This document shows positions 47,421 through 60,200 of a DNA stretch of 64,000 nucleotides, in pieces. Source of the DNA: Macrostomum lignano (taxonomy: Eukaryota). The DNA is taken from contig NIVC01000563.1 of assembly GCA_002269645.1 (NCBI GenBank), forward strand, positions 124,001 through 188,000, written 5' to 3'. Position 1 is the stretch's first letter, and each line of letters opens with the position of its first letter. A program made the translations under genes and the position numbers. The notes beneath the pieces are model-generated. The model ran no database searches, was not told where the DNA came from, and saw only the letters and a list, made by a program, of their open reading frames with translations.

Positions 47421-48207
47421 TCTACAGCAAAAAAATCAACAATAAGAGCAGGTCAGATTAACATTTAAGCAGAATTCTGCAGCAGAAATAATCCAGGCTC
47501 AATAGATGTATTGTTGTTAAGCAAAAAAGTTAATATTGCTTTAAAAGTGACTACTTCTTAAAATAAGTAGTAAATATAGTAAAAAGGCAAATCAATCACC
47601 AAAAGCAATCCTGCCTGAGGAAAACAGATGGAAGAAGAAGTGGGGAGAGCAAGTCGCACTGTAAGACCAGATAATTATTGCTAAGCACCAATATGGATAA
47701 AAATAAAAAACGAAGATAAAATTAAAAGTAAAACAGACTAGCAGCAGAGGCAAAAAATGATTTTTTTGGAGTTCATTAAATAAGCATTGCAATTGGGGCT
47801 ATAAGGAAGGAGATTCATCAATTAAGAAAGCTCTCTATCAAAGACCGTAATGATTGGCCTTAAAAGAATGTTAAAAAGAAAATCAACCATCACCTAAAGG
47901 TAATTAACCTGTCACGTGACTCTAGATTTCGCTTTAAAAAAGGTGCCAATTTCAATATAAAAAAATACAAGCTACACCAAAATTCGGAATTTCCTGTTCA
48001 CCAGTGAGACGCTATTGCCGAGTTTAAATTATGAGCTCTATCGATACATATCGGCGATATTTAATATATATAAGACTAGATTAAATTCTGCCGATATGTA
48101 TAGAAAACGAGATTTCGCGTACTGTAACTGTTATATATGTCTTAGAAGAGACGAAACAAAACAGTTAAATAAAGCCGGTTGCTAATGACAGCGTCGAGTT
48201 TGGTTGC

Positions 48208-51200
48208 CTAGGCAACCGGAGCCGGCTCGGAGACGGGGGCCAGCCGGCTGCGGTAATGATACAGGCTCTCCGGCTTCACGCTGTCCAGGTGGCTCAGCGC
48301 CTCCACTAGAAGGGCGCACACCTGATCAGGGGGGGGGCAGTTGGTTAATAATTGAAGCTTGCGAACGCATTGGTTATTTCATTACCTGTTTTTGAAGCTA
48401 TTAATATATAGGCTTTGCTGACTGCTTGCTTCATAGGAACACTAACCTGTTAGACAGGTCATGCTAACCTGTTAGACAGGTCATGCTAACCTGTTAGACA
48501 GGTCATGCTAACCTGTTAGACAGGTCATGCTAACCTGTTAGACAGGTCATGCTAACCTGTTAGACAGGTCATGCTAACCTGTTAGACAGGTCATGCTAAC
48601 CTGTTAGACAGGTCATGCTAACCTGTTAGACAGGTCATGCTAACCTGTTAGACAGGTCATGCTAACCAGTTAGACAGGTCATGCTAACCTGTTAGACAGG
48701 TCATGCTAACCTGTTAGACAGGTCATGCTAACCTGTTAGACAGGTCATGCTAACCTGTTAGACAGGTCATGCTAACCTGTTAGACAGGTCATGCTAACCT
48801 GTTAGACAGGTCATGCTAACCTGTTAGACAGGTCATGCTAACCTGTTAGACAGGTCATGCTAACCTGTTAGACAAGTCATGCTAACCTGTTAGACAAGTC
48901 ATGCTAACCTGTTAGACAGGACATGCTAACCTGTTAGACAAGTCATGCTAACCTGTTAGACAGGTCATGCTAACCTGTTAGACAGGTCATGCTAACCTGT
49001 TAGACAGGTCATGCTAACCTGTTAGACAGGACATGCTAACCTGTTAGACAGGACATGCTAACCTGTTAGATAAGCCATGCTAACCTGTTAGACAAGACAT
49101 GCTAACCCGTTAGACAGGACATGCTAACCTGTTAGACAGGACATGCTAACCTGTTAGACAGGCCATGATAACCTGTTACATAAGACATGCTAACCTGTTA
49201 GACAAGACATGCTAACCTGTTAGACAAGACATGCTAACCCGTTAGACAGGACATGCTAACCTGTTAGACAGGACATGCTAACCTGTTAGACAGGCCATGA
49301 TAACCTGTTACATAAGACATGCTAACCTGTTAGACAAGACATGCTAACCCGTTAGACAAGACATGCTAACCTGTTAGACAAGACATGCTAACCCGTTAGA
49401 CAAGACATGCTAACCTGTTAGACAGGACATGCTAACCTGTTAGACAGGCCATGATAACCTGTTACATAAGACATGCTAACCTGTTAGACAAGACATGCTA
49501 ACCCGTTAGACAAGACATGCTAACCTGTTAGACAGGACATGCTAACCTGTTAGACAGGCCATGCTAACTTGTTATACAAGACATGTTAACCTGTGCAAAG
49601 GCAATCCCAAACAAGCCACACACCTGGAAGTTAGTAATCAGAGGCGTGGCAGAGTCAATGGCAGTCCGTCTAATTAGATAATTGTCCTGCAAGAATTTGC
49701 TGCGATTGTTAGGCAGATTGATAACCAGACTGAACACTTTGTCCTCGACTAGCTTGGTAGCCACTGGGATATTCTTGTCGATATTCTGAGCGAACGCCCA
49801 GCCAACAGGCCGGACATTTTCGATGCCGTTCTGGCTGAGCCATTGGGCTGTGGCCTCCGTAGCGTACAGCTGGTAGCCCATGTCGCACAGGCGCTTGGCG
49901 GTTGGCAGGAAAACGGCCTAGGGAAGCGAAATTGAGTCATTCAGGACTAAAAGCTAATGAGCTATTCACAGCTAGCTAATGAGCCATTCACTGTTAGCTA
50001 ATGACAAATTAACTATTAGCTCACTATTAGCTAATGAGTCATTCACTATTAGCTAATGAGCCATTCTCTGTAAGCTAATGAGCCATTCACTATTAGCTAA
50101 TGAGTCATTCTCTGTAAGCTAATGAGCCATTCACTATTAGCTAATGAGTCATTCACTACTAGCTAATGAGTCATTCACTACTAGCTAATGAGTCATTCAC
50201 TATCAGCTAATGAGCCATTCTCTGTTAGCTAATGAGTCATTCTCTGTTAGCTAATGACAAATTAACTATTAGCTCACTATTAGCTAATGAGTCATTCACT
50301 ATTAGCTAATGAGCCATTCTCTGTAAGCTAATGAGCCATTCACTATTAGCTAATGAGTCATTCACTACTAGCTAATGAGTCATTCACTATCAGCTAATGA
50401 GCCATTCTCTGTTAGCTAATGAGCCATTCTCTGTTAGCTAATGAGCCATTCACGGTTAGCTAATGACAAATTAACTATTAGCTCACTATTAGCTAATGAG
50501 TCATTCACTATTAGCTAATGAGCCATTCTCTGTAAGCTAATGAGCCATTCACTATTAGCTAATGAGTCATTCTCTGTAAGCTAATGAGCCATTCACTATT
50601 AGCTAATGAGTCATTCACTACTAGCTAATGAGTCATTCACTACTAGCTAATGAGTCATTCACTATCAGCTAATGAGCCATTCTCTGTTAGCTAATGAGTC
50701 ATTCTCTGTTAGCTAATGAGCCATTCACGGTTAGCTAATGACAAATTAACTATTAGCTCACTATTAGCTAATGAGTCATTCACTATTAGCTAATGAGCCA
50801 TTCTCTGTAAGCTAATGAGCCATTCACTATTAGCTAATGAGTCATTCACTACTAGCTAATGAGTCATTCCCTATCAGCTAATGAGTCATGCACTATTAGC
50901 TAATGAGTCATTCCCTATCAGCTAACGGCAATTCACTATTAGCTAAATGAGGACACTATTAGCTAGCTAGCTCCTGATTTACTCTACCGCTTTGAAAGCA
51001 TGACACATCAGCAATCCAACCTGAAATTCTTTCTGCACGCCAATAAGAATGCTGGAGCCCTTAGGCGGCACTCTGAACCCGGTAGACTGCAGCGCTTTGA
51101 GGAAGGCGGTGTACAGGTTGGAGCCGTAGCAGGCCACCTCGCCGGTGCTGCTCATCTCGCAGCGTAGCAGGGGATCCGCCGCCTTCAGACGCGGCCAGCT

Positions 51201-54200
51201 GAACATGGAGGCCTGCGGTGGGAGATCGGAGTTTTGCTGCTTAATTTACGGCGCTTCTAGGAAACAGTTAGGGTCGCCTCAAAAGAAGAGGACGAGAGGG
51301 AGGAGAGGAAGGGAGTAGACAATTACATTGTCTACATTGTCTAGAAAAAAATTGCCTATCCGATTTCTTACGGATTCGAGGATTTTGAATAAAATTTCAC
51401 ACCAGGCTACTAAGAGTAGTTCAATCAATAGTAAGTAATAAAGGCAGGAAATACAGGGATATACCCAGATAAGTAGACCTGTGAAATCGTGAAAGCTTTT
51501 ACAAACCTAATTCGAAAAATGTAAAGAACATTAGCGTTAGAGCTCGGCAAGGGCTGATGCGCTCGCTACATAACAAATTAGGAAGCCTTTTTGATTTTAC
51601 GAGTACTAAAATTCGCGTTAATAATTCTCTCGTTGCTTTAGTGCAACCACAGACAATATAGAATATAATAGACCAGTAAAGTGAAGAAAAAAGTGGGCCA
51701 TTTTCCCCCATAAGAAACTGGTCCCTCTCACCCACCCCAGCTCGATCGATATGTGGTACAGGGCGGGCCTCTTTTCCATTGTGCTCCTATTGGACACATG
51801 CAATTGAGATACATTTTTTCTACTTTTTTACATAAAACGCCACGAGAACCAAATACATAAAAGTAATGAAATTAAATTAAATTACCCCGAAATGTCCTTC
51901 AAAGTCCCAGCTTTCAGATTAAGAAAAATTGCTGTGCGCAGCAGCTTCTGTCTCCTTCCTGCCTTTCTTAATAAGTGCGACATGTCTTTCGCAATTTTCT
52001 TCATGCGAATTCTGATGTAAAAAAATGCTCATAACTTTCTTGACTCAATACCTGTGCTAACAGCTGCAGCTTGTGTGACTCAATACCTGTGCTAACAGCT
52101 GCAGCTTGTGTGACTCGATACCTGTGCTAACAGCTGCAGCTTGTGTGACTCGATACCTGTGCTAACAGGTGCTGAATGCGAATCTAATTCAGAGAATAGC
52201 GGTTGAAATTCAAAGTGAAATTCAAATTCAAAGTCTCTTGAACAGCGATTGAGCTTGAAAAGCAGCTATCAAAGCTGGAGCGGCGAATAATCGTTTCGGT
52301 GTTCAGCAGAATACGTATAGTTCTTGGAATGCTTGGACGCAGAATCCTGGAAGGCATCGTACACACTTGAGATCCATTTCCGTAAAGAAGATGGATGCAC
52401 GGAAGCTGGAAAAAGTTTCTCACGTATTTGTATGCCTTAGGACTGTAATAGTGCAACGTGGAAGCAAATCGCCGAACTTCAGGAGGAAATTTTTTATCCT
52501 CTTGTTTTTAGTTGGCACTAGACAGCTCAACAATGAATTTGATGACAGAACCTGCAGACGGGATGCTGCAGCTTCATCCACAATATTATTTGCCTACAGC
52601 ACTTTCACAATTTCTGTCAGTGACTTTGACCGCGCCCTTAGTCGCTGGTGCTTCTTGTTCAGCTCCCTGAGCACACATTTTCCACAGTTGCCACATTTTC
52701 TGGCGCTTTTCTCCTTTTTGATACACTATAGAAGCTGGCTGAGGCTGCATGGATAAGAATGCTTTAATTGGTTTTTTGCTGGATATTTTTGCAAGGAAAT
52801 TGTAATTCAAATCAAATTCAATTTCAATTCAATTCAATTCAATTCAATCAATTCAAATCAAATCTAATTTACATTTATTTTGCCTCCCTAGGGTTTTAAA
52901 CTCTATAATAAGTAAATTTCAAGCTTGAAAACTTGCACTTGCCCATTTTTGTCCCACATATCGATCGAAGTTGGGGCTTTGTGGAAGGACCATTTTTTGT
53001 GTTGCTTTTTTGTCCCACAACGCGCCTGGGCAAGCCACCGAGATTCGCAGTCTATATTCTATATGGTCTGTGGGTGCAACATATATGCGATAAAACTCAG
53101 TAGGACACCAGCTATAATGGTCAAAAGGGACAGCACACGGACGCGCGTCATATATCCTATATACTAAATAAAGTGGCTAAAGATTGCGCAACAGTTTTTG
53201 TGATAGTTGTCTTCGCACCTTAATATGCAGTAATCTACATGGCCGCGCTGCTCATTCAACACTGTGACAGGAAACAAAGTGCGGGTCACTGAGAGTCACC
53301 GATATTTTCTTTATTTATTTAAATTTAGACAATTTTACTTAAAAATATTTCTTAATTTGGAAAAAAGAGGAGTAAGAGGATTTTGGAAACCGGGTAGGGT
53401 AGAATCACCATCAGATCAGCTACAAGTACACCACACGTACCTTGATGCCAACAAACCCGACGGGTTCTCGGGGGTTCTCCATCGTGTACAGATCCTTCTG
53501 GTCGGGCTCCACGCCCAGCATCACCTTCGTGGCCGTGGCGATAAAGTCGGTGCCCAGAGTCTTGGACACGAACGGGAAGGAGCGAGAGGCTCGCAGGTTA
53601 GTTTCAATGACCAGCACCTTCTGCTCGGGCGTCACCAGGAACTGCGTGTTAAACGGGCCCGTGATGCTGAACCGCTCGGCTATGCGCTTTACTACGTCCC
53701 GAATCTGGAATTTTGCGGATGGAATATATAGTTTCACAAGTTTATTAGCAGCAGCAACACCTGCAGGACTATATACAGATAATTAAAAACTTCAGCTTTT
53801 ATCAGATCGTTCTCTGTGCCGACAATGGTTACCGTCATCCTCCCAGATCCTCAGTTGCTGGGCCAGCCTCCCAGATCCTCAGTTGCTGGGCCAGCCTTCC
53901 AGATCTTCAGTTGCTAGGCCAGCCTCCAACATCCTCAGTTGCTGGGCCAGCCTCCAACATCCTCAGTTGCTGGGCCAGCCTCCCACATCCTCAGTTGCTG
54001 GGCCAGCCTCCCAGATCCTCAGTTGCTGTGCCAGCCTCCCTGATCCTCAGTTGCCGGACCAGCCTCCCACATCCTCAGTTGCTAGGCCAGCCTCCAAAAT
54101 CCTCAGTTGCTGGGCCAGCCTCCCACATCCTCAGTTGCTGGGCCAGCCTCCCACATCCTCAGTTGCTGTGCCAGCCTCCCACATCCTCAGTTGCTGTGCC

Positions 54201-57200
54201 AGCCTCCCAGATCCTCAGTTGCTGGGCCAGCCTCCCAGATCCTCAGTTGCTGTGCCAGCCTCCCACATCCTCAGTTGCTGGGCCAGCCTCCCACATCCTC
54301 AGTTGCTGGGCCAGCCTCCAAAATCCTCAGTTGCTGAGCCAGCCTCCAAGATCCTCAGTTGCTGAGCCAGCCTCCCAGATCCTCAGTTGCTGGGCCAGCC
54401 TCCAACATCCTCAGTTGCTGGGCCAGCCCTCACAGATCCTCAGTTGCTGGGCCACCAGTTTCAATTCCAAGCAGAGTTACAAACAAAACAGATCATAAAT
54501 TACCTGAGCCTTGACATCCTCGTTAATAGTGTGCGGCGGCAGCACCAGCGTGGCGTCGCCGCTGTGCACTCCGGCATTCTCCACGTGCTCGCACAGCGCG
54601 TGCGCCACAACCTGGCCGTTGGAGGCGACCGCGTCGCATTCGACTTCGCGCGAATTCTCGATGAACTTTGTCAGCACCACCGGGTGTTCGGCGTTGACGG
54701 CGGCCGCCTGGCCGAGGAAGCCGCGCAGCTCCTGGGGTCCGTAGGCGACATTCATGGCCGAGCCGCTCAAGATGTAGGACGGCCGTACGAGGCAAGGGTA
54801 GCCAACCTGTGGAGTTTTTGGATGAAATTAGTTCGATTATTTTACATCATGTACTGCATCACGCATGAAAGATTACTAAAGCCTGTTGTGTAGTGGAAAT
54901 AACTTGAATTAGTAGCTAACGATATGTATCAAAAAACTTCAACTAGCGATTGCCGATATGTAGTGAAACCAACTTTAACCAGAAATTTTTAATATGTATA
55001 TATCAATTCATATAAAAAACCACCGATATGTATCGAAAATAACATTAAAAATATTAAGCCAACCTGCTCGGCAAACTCCAACGCCTCCTTTTCGGAGGTG
55101 AGCGCCCGCCAAGGCGCCTGTCCGACGCCGATCTCGTCGAGGATGCGCGAAAATTTCGCCCGATCCTCGGCGTCGTCAATCTTAGTCGGATGAGTGCCCA
55201 AGATTCGAACCCCGGCCTTGTGCAATGGCAGCGCCAGGGTGTTGGGAATCTGGCCGCCAACCGACACAATGCAGTTGGAGGCGGACTCCAGCTGGTAGAT
55301 GTCCAGCACCCGCTCCTGACTGAGCTCCTCAAAGTACAGCCGGTCGCACTCGTCAAAGTCAGTGCTGACAGTCTCCGGGTTGTAATTAACAACGATGCTC
55401 TTCATGCCCAGGGCGTTCAGGCAGCGGATTGCGCTGACGCTGCACCAGTCGAATTCTACGCTGGACCCGATGTGGTAGGGACCGCAGCCAAGGACCATGA
55501 TGCCCTGGATGTCGAGGGTTAACAACGACGGACGGACGGATTTGTTAGAAGAGGTATTGAGGTGCTGTACCACTTCCCAATGTCTTCTGGTCAGAGCCGT
55601 TACCTCATCTCAATGTCCTCTGGTACATGTAAATGACGCTACCTCATCCCAATGTCCTCTAGTACATGTAAATGACACTACCTCATCCCAATGTCCTCTG
55701 GTACATGCTACCTCATCCCAATGTCCTCTGGTACATGCTACCTCATCCCATTGTATTCTGGTACATGCAGACGACGCTACCGCACCCCATTGTCCTCTGG
55801 TACATGTAAATGACGCTACCGCACCCATTGTCCTCTAGTACATGTAAATGACGCTACCTCATCCAAATGTCATCTGGTACATGTAAATGACGCTACCTCA
55901 TCCCAATGTCCTCTGGTACATGTAAATGACACTACCTCATCCCAATGTCCTCTGGTACATGCTACCTCATCCCAATGTCCTCTGGTACATGCTACCTCAT
56001 CCCAATGTTCTCTGGTACATGCTACCTCATCCCAATGTCCTCTGGTACATGCTACCTCACCCAATGTCCTCTGGTACACGCTACCTCATCCCTAGATAAC
56101 TGAGTAGCTAATCACCTTATCCGTGAAAGCCACATCGTGCTCGGCCGCATTATAGGAGCAGTAGAGATAGTTAGTATAGCTGGGATACTCGGCAGCCATA
56201 GTGTCAATCTGTTTGACATAGGGCGTCAGGCCCAAGCTCAGCCGATGCGCGCGAACTTCAGACACCGGTTTGCGAAACACTTCGCCGAGCTGTTTGTCGC
56301 TGAAGCCGAGCTTCTTAGCCAGGCCCCAGTCTTCGGATGTGGTCTCGTTAGCCTGGCCCAGCTGTTCCAGATCTTTGCGATAGTCGACAATGCGCTTGAG
56401 CTTGTGCAGAAACCATCTGTCAATCTGAGTGAATCGGTGAATCTCGTCAACTGTCATGAGGTCCTGCTCGAGGGCCCGGCAGATATAGTGAATCCTGGCG
56501 TTGCTGGGCACCTGTAGGCCTTCAAGCAGGTCGAAGTTGTCCGGATACTGTTTGCCCATTGGCAGTTTGCTTTCAAAGCCGCCAACGCTGGGATGAGTCA
56601 TTCGAAGCGCTTTCTGCAGGGACTCCTCGAAGGTTCTACCGATGGCCATGATTTCGCCCACTGATTTCATGGCGGAGCCGATCTCCTTCGGCGTGTGATG
56701 GAAGCGGTCCAGGTCCCAGCTGTGCGGGGATTTGCGATCAAGATGTTTTTATTTCGTTTTTAATCTTAAGGGGATTAGAAATGATGGCACAGGGGTCACA
56801 GGGATGAGAGGGGTCACAGGGATGAGAGGGGTCACAGGGATGAGAGGGGTCACAGGGATGAGAGGGGTCACAGGGATGTCAGGGGTCAACAGTGATGCCA
56901 GGGGTCACAGGGATGCCAGGGGTCAACAGTGATGCCAGGGGTCAAGAGGGATGCCAGTGGCCAACAGCGATGCCAGGGGTCACATGGGGATGCCAGGGGT
57001 CACAGAGATGCCAAGGGTCACATGGGGATGCCAGGGGTCACAGGGATGGCAGGGGTCACAGGGATGCCAGGGGTCACAGGGATGCCAGGGGTCACAGGGA
57101 TGCCAGGGGTCACAGAGATGCCAGGGGTCACAGGGATGCCAGGGGTCACAGGGATGCCAGGGGTCACAGGGATGCCAGGGGTCACAGGGATGCCAGGGGT

Positions 57201-60200
57201 CACAGGGATGCCAGGGGTCACAGGGATGCCAGGGGTCACAGGGATGCCAGGGGTCACATGGATGCCAGGGGTCACATGGGGATGCTAGGGGTCACAGGGA
57301 TGCCAGGGGTCAACAGGGATGCCAGGGATCTACAGGGATGCCAGGGGTCAACAGGGATGCAACTCACCGCGGAATCTTAGTAGTGATGTAATCCAGACTG
57401 GGCTCAAAGCAGGCCGTAGTCACCTTGGTGGTGGCATTTTTAATCTCCGGCAGGCTAATGCCCAGGGACAGTTTGGCGGCAATGAACGCCAGCGGATAGC
57501 CGGTGGCTTTGGAGGCCAGAGCGGACGAGCGGGACAGTCTGGCGTTGATCTCGATGATGCAGTACTCAAGCGAGTGCGGATGCAGAGCGTACTGGATGTT
57601 GCACTCGCCAACAATGTTGAAATGGCGGATCACTTTGAGAGCGGTCTCGCGCAGCATGTGGTATTCCTCGTTGGACAGGGTCTGGCTGGGGGCCACCACG
57701 ATTGAATCGCCAGTGTGCACGCCGAGTGGGTCGAAGTTCTCCATGTTGCATACCGTGATGCAGTTGTTTGCAGCGTCGCGTACAACCTCGTATTCCACCT
57801 CCTTCCAGCCTAGTAGGGACTTCTCGATTAGGACCTGGCGACGCGCAAATTGGGGCATATCGCGGTTGCTGGGGGGCGACTCGGGGTGACGTACATCAGA
57901 ATAATGTAGTTGTTATGGGTGGTTGCTAGGGCAGGCATAATTTTGACCCTCGCATCAGTATGATCCCTGGAATCCCTATTGACCCCAGGCATCCCTGTGA
58001 CCCCTAGCACCCCTGTCACCCCTAGCACCCCTGTCACCCCTAGCTGTCACCCCTAGCACCCCTGTCACCCCTAGCACCCCTGTCACCCCTAGCTGTCACC
58101 CCTAGCACCCCTGTCACCCCTAGCAACCTTGTGACCCCTGTAACTCCTAGCACCCCTGTGACCCCTAGCATCCCTGTCACCCCTAGCACCCCTGTGACCC
58201 CTAGCACCCCTGTGACCCCTAGCACCCCTGGCACCCTTGTGACCCCTAGCAACCCTGTGAACCCTAGCAACCTTGTGACCTCTAGCAACCCTGTGACCCC
58301 TAGCATTCCTGTTGACATGGTTGCTAGGGGATGCTATCGCTTGAGGGTATGGTTGCTAGGGAAGTAGTTTCTAGGACTATGGTTGCTTGAAGTTGTGGTT
58401 TATAATTGGGTTTAGTCAAGAAATGCGGTTACTAGGGCGAATGGTCGTTAAGATTTGATTGTTATGTATGACGTCATCCCTAACTGCAAGTCGTTAGATT
58501 AATCTCTAGCGCACCTGATTGGTGATGGCAAAGGCTTTGCGACAGATGTCCACCAGGCTGGCCTCGTCTTTAGCCAATCCGGAGCCCAGACCGCCGAGGG
58601 CAAAAGCGGCGCGCACCATCACGGGGTAGCCGATGTCGTGAGCCGCTTTGATAGCCTCGGAGACTCGAGTGACGGCCACGCTGGGTGCGAGTTTCTCATT
58701 AATTCGCATCAGCTCTTCGGCGAATGTCTCCCGATCTTCCGTCAGCTTGATGTCGTGAATCTGGGTGCCGAGTACGCGGACATTGTGCTGCTCAAGGATT
58801 CCCGATTCGTGCAGCTCGATGCCAACGTTTAGAGCAGTTTGGCCGCCCATTGACAGCAGTATGCCGTCGGGTTTTTCGCGTTCAATCACCTGCGGAGATG
58901 AATGGGTGCATAGTGGGTGCCCTGCAGTTTACCGCTTGCTAGTTGTTTTGAAAACTGAGCACTCTAATTCTAAGAAGCTGGGCACTCCCAATTTAGCAAT
59001 CTGAGCACGTCTACGTTAAGAATCTTGGCACTCCTAGATTAAAAATCTGAGCACTCCCAAGTTAAGAATCTTGGCACTCCGAGATAAAAAATCTGAGCAC
59101 TCCCAAGTTAAGAATTTGAGCACTTCAAAGTTAAGAATCTTGGCACTCAGAGATTAAAAATCTTAGCACTCCCAAGTTAAGAATCTGAGCACTCCCAAAT
59201 AAAGAATCTTGGCACTCTCAAGTCAAGAATCTTGGCACTCCCAAGGTAAGACTCTGGGCACTCCCAGATAAAAAATCTGAGCACTCCCAAGTTAAGAATC
59301 TGAGCACTCCCAAGTTAAGAATCTGGGCACTCGTTAATAATAATAATAATTGATTACACATGCCTAATGGCCAGATGTGCAACCGACAGCTCAGCCGCAG
59401 CTATTGCGCGGCGCATCTGAAGGCTGCGTACGGCTGTCCAGTCCAAGGACTGGGGGGTCGCCACACACAGCCTCAATTACCCCAGCTAATGCTGGCACCC
59501 ATTTTACAGTTTGGTGAACTGAAGCAATGCAGAGTTGGGTGTCTTGCTCAAGGACGTAAATTGTTCTGAGTGGGTCGAGAATCGAACCCCCGACCTTTCA
59601 GTCGTGAGTCCAACGCACTAACCACTAGGCTACAGCCCCTCAGGAATCTAGCCATTCCAAGCACTCAGTTCCCCTAATTACCTTGGTAACGAACTCGGCA
59701 GTAACGGGCAGGAAGTACACCATATCGGCCTGCTTCTCTCCCTCCGCATTAGTCTGCACGCTGGCAATATTGGGATTCATCAGCACAGTTTTCACGCCCT
59801 CCTCTTTAAGCGCTTTAATCGCCTGCGAGCCCGAATAGTCGAATTCGCCAGCCTGACCAATGGACAGGCCGCCGGAGCCCAGCACCAGCACCTTGGCAAC
59901 TGGCACTCGGCGTGCGTCCATCAGACGAGGCTCCGGCATGATCACCGTGGCCGATTTAGTCTTCACCATTTCAATGAAAGCGTCGAATAGAAATTGCGTA
60001 TCGGTTGGGCCGCCGCAGGCCTCCGGATGGAACTGGGCGGTGAAAATCGGCTTCTCCGTGCACATCAGGCCTTCGTTGGATCCGTCATTGGCGTTAATAA
60101 ACAGCGGCCGCCAGCCAAATGGCAGGTTGTCAGTGTTAATGGCGAATCCGTGATTCTGCGACGTGATAAAGGCTTGCTTAGTAACTAAATTGAGCACGGA

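Noticed and set aside
46400-48207. Continuation of CPS into DHOase/ATCase (CAD)
   Set aside because: An in-frame TAG at 48208-48210 follows a CPS1-like C-terminus, and no DHOase/ATCase motifs occur before the next gene.
59560-59639. tRNA-Val(CAC)-like gene at the SINE heads (also 8562 and 34335)
   Set aside because: The anticodon and acceptor stems do not pair fully, and each head continues into a shared SINE body and tail.
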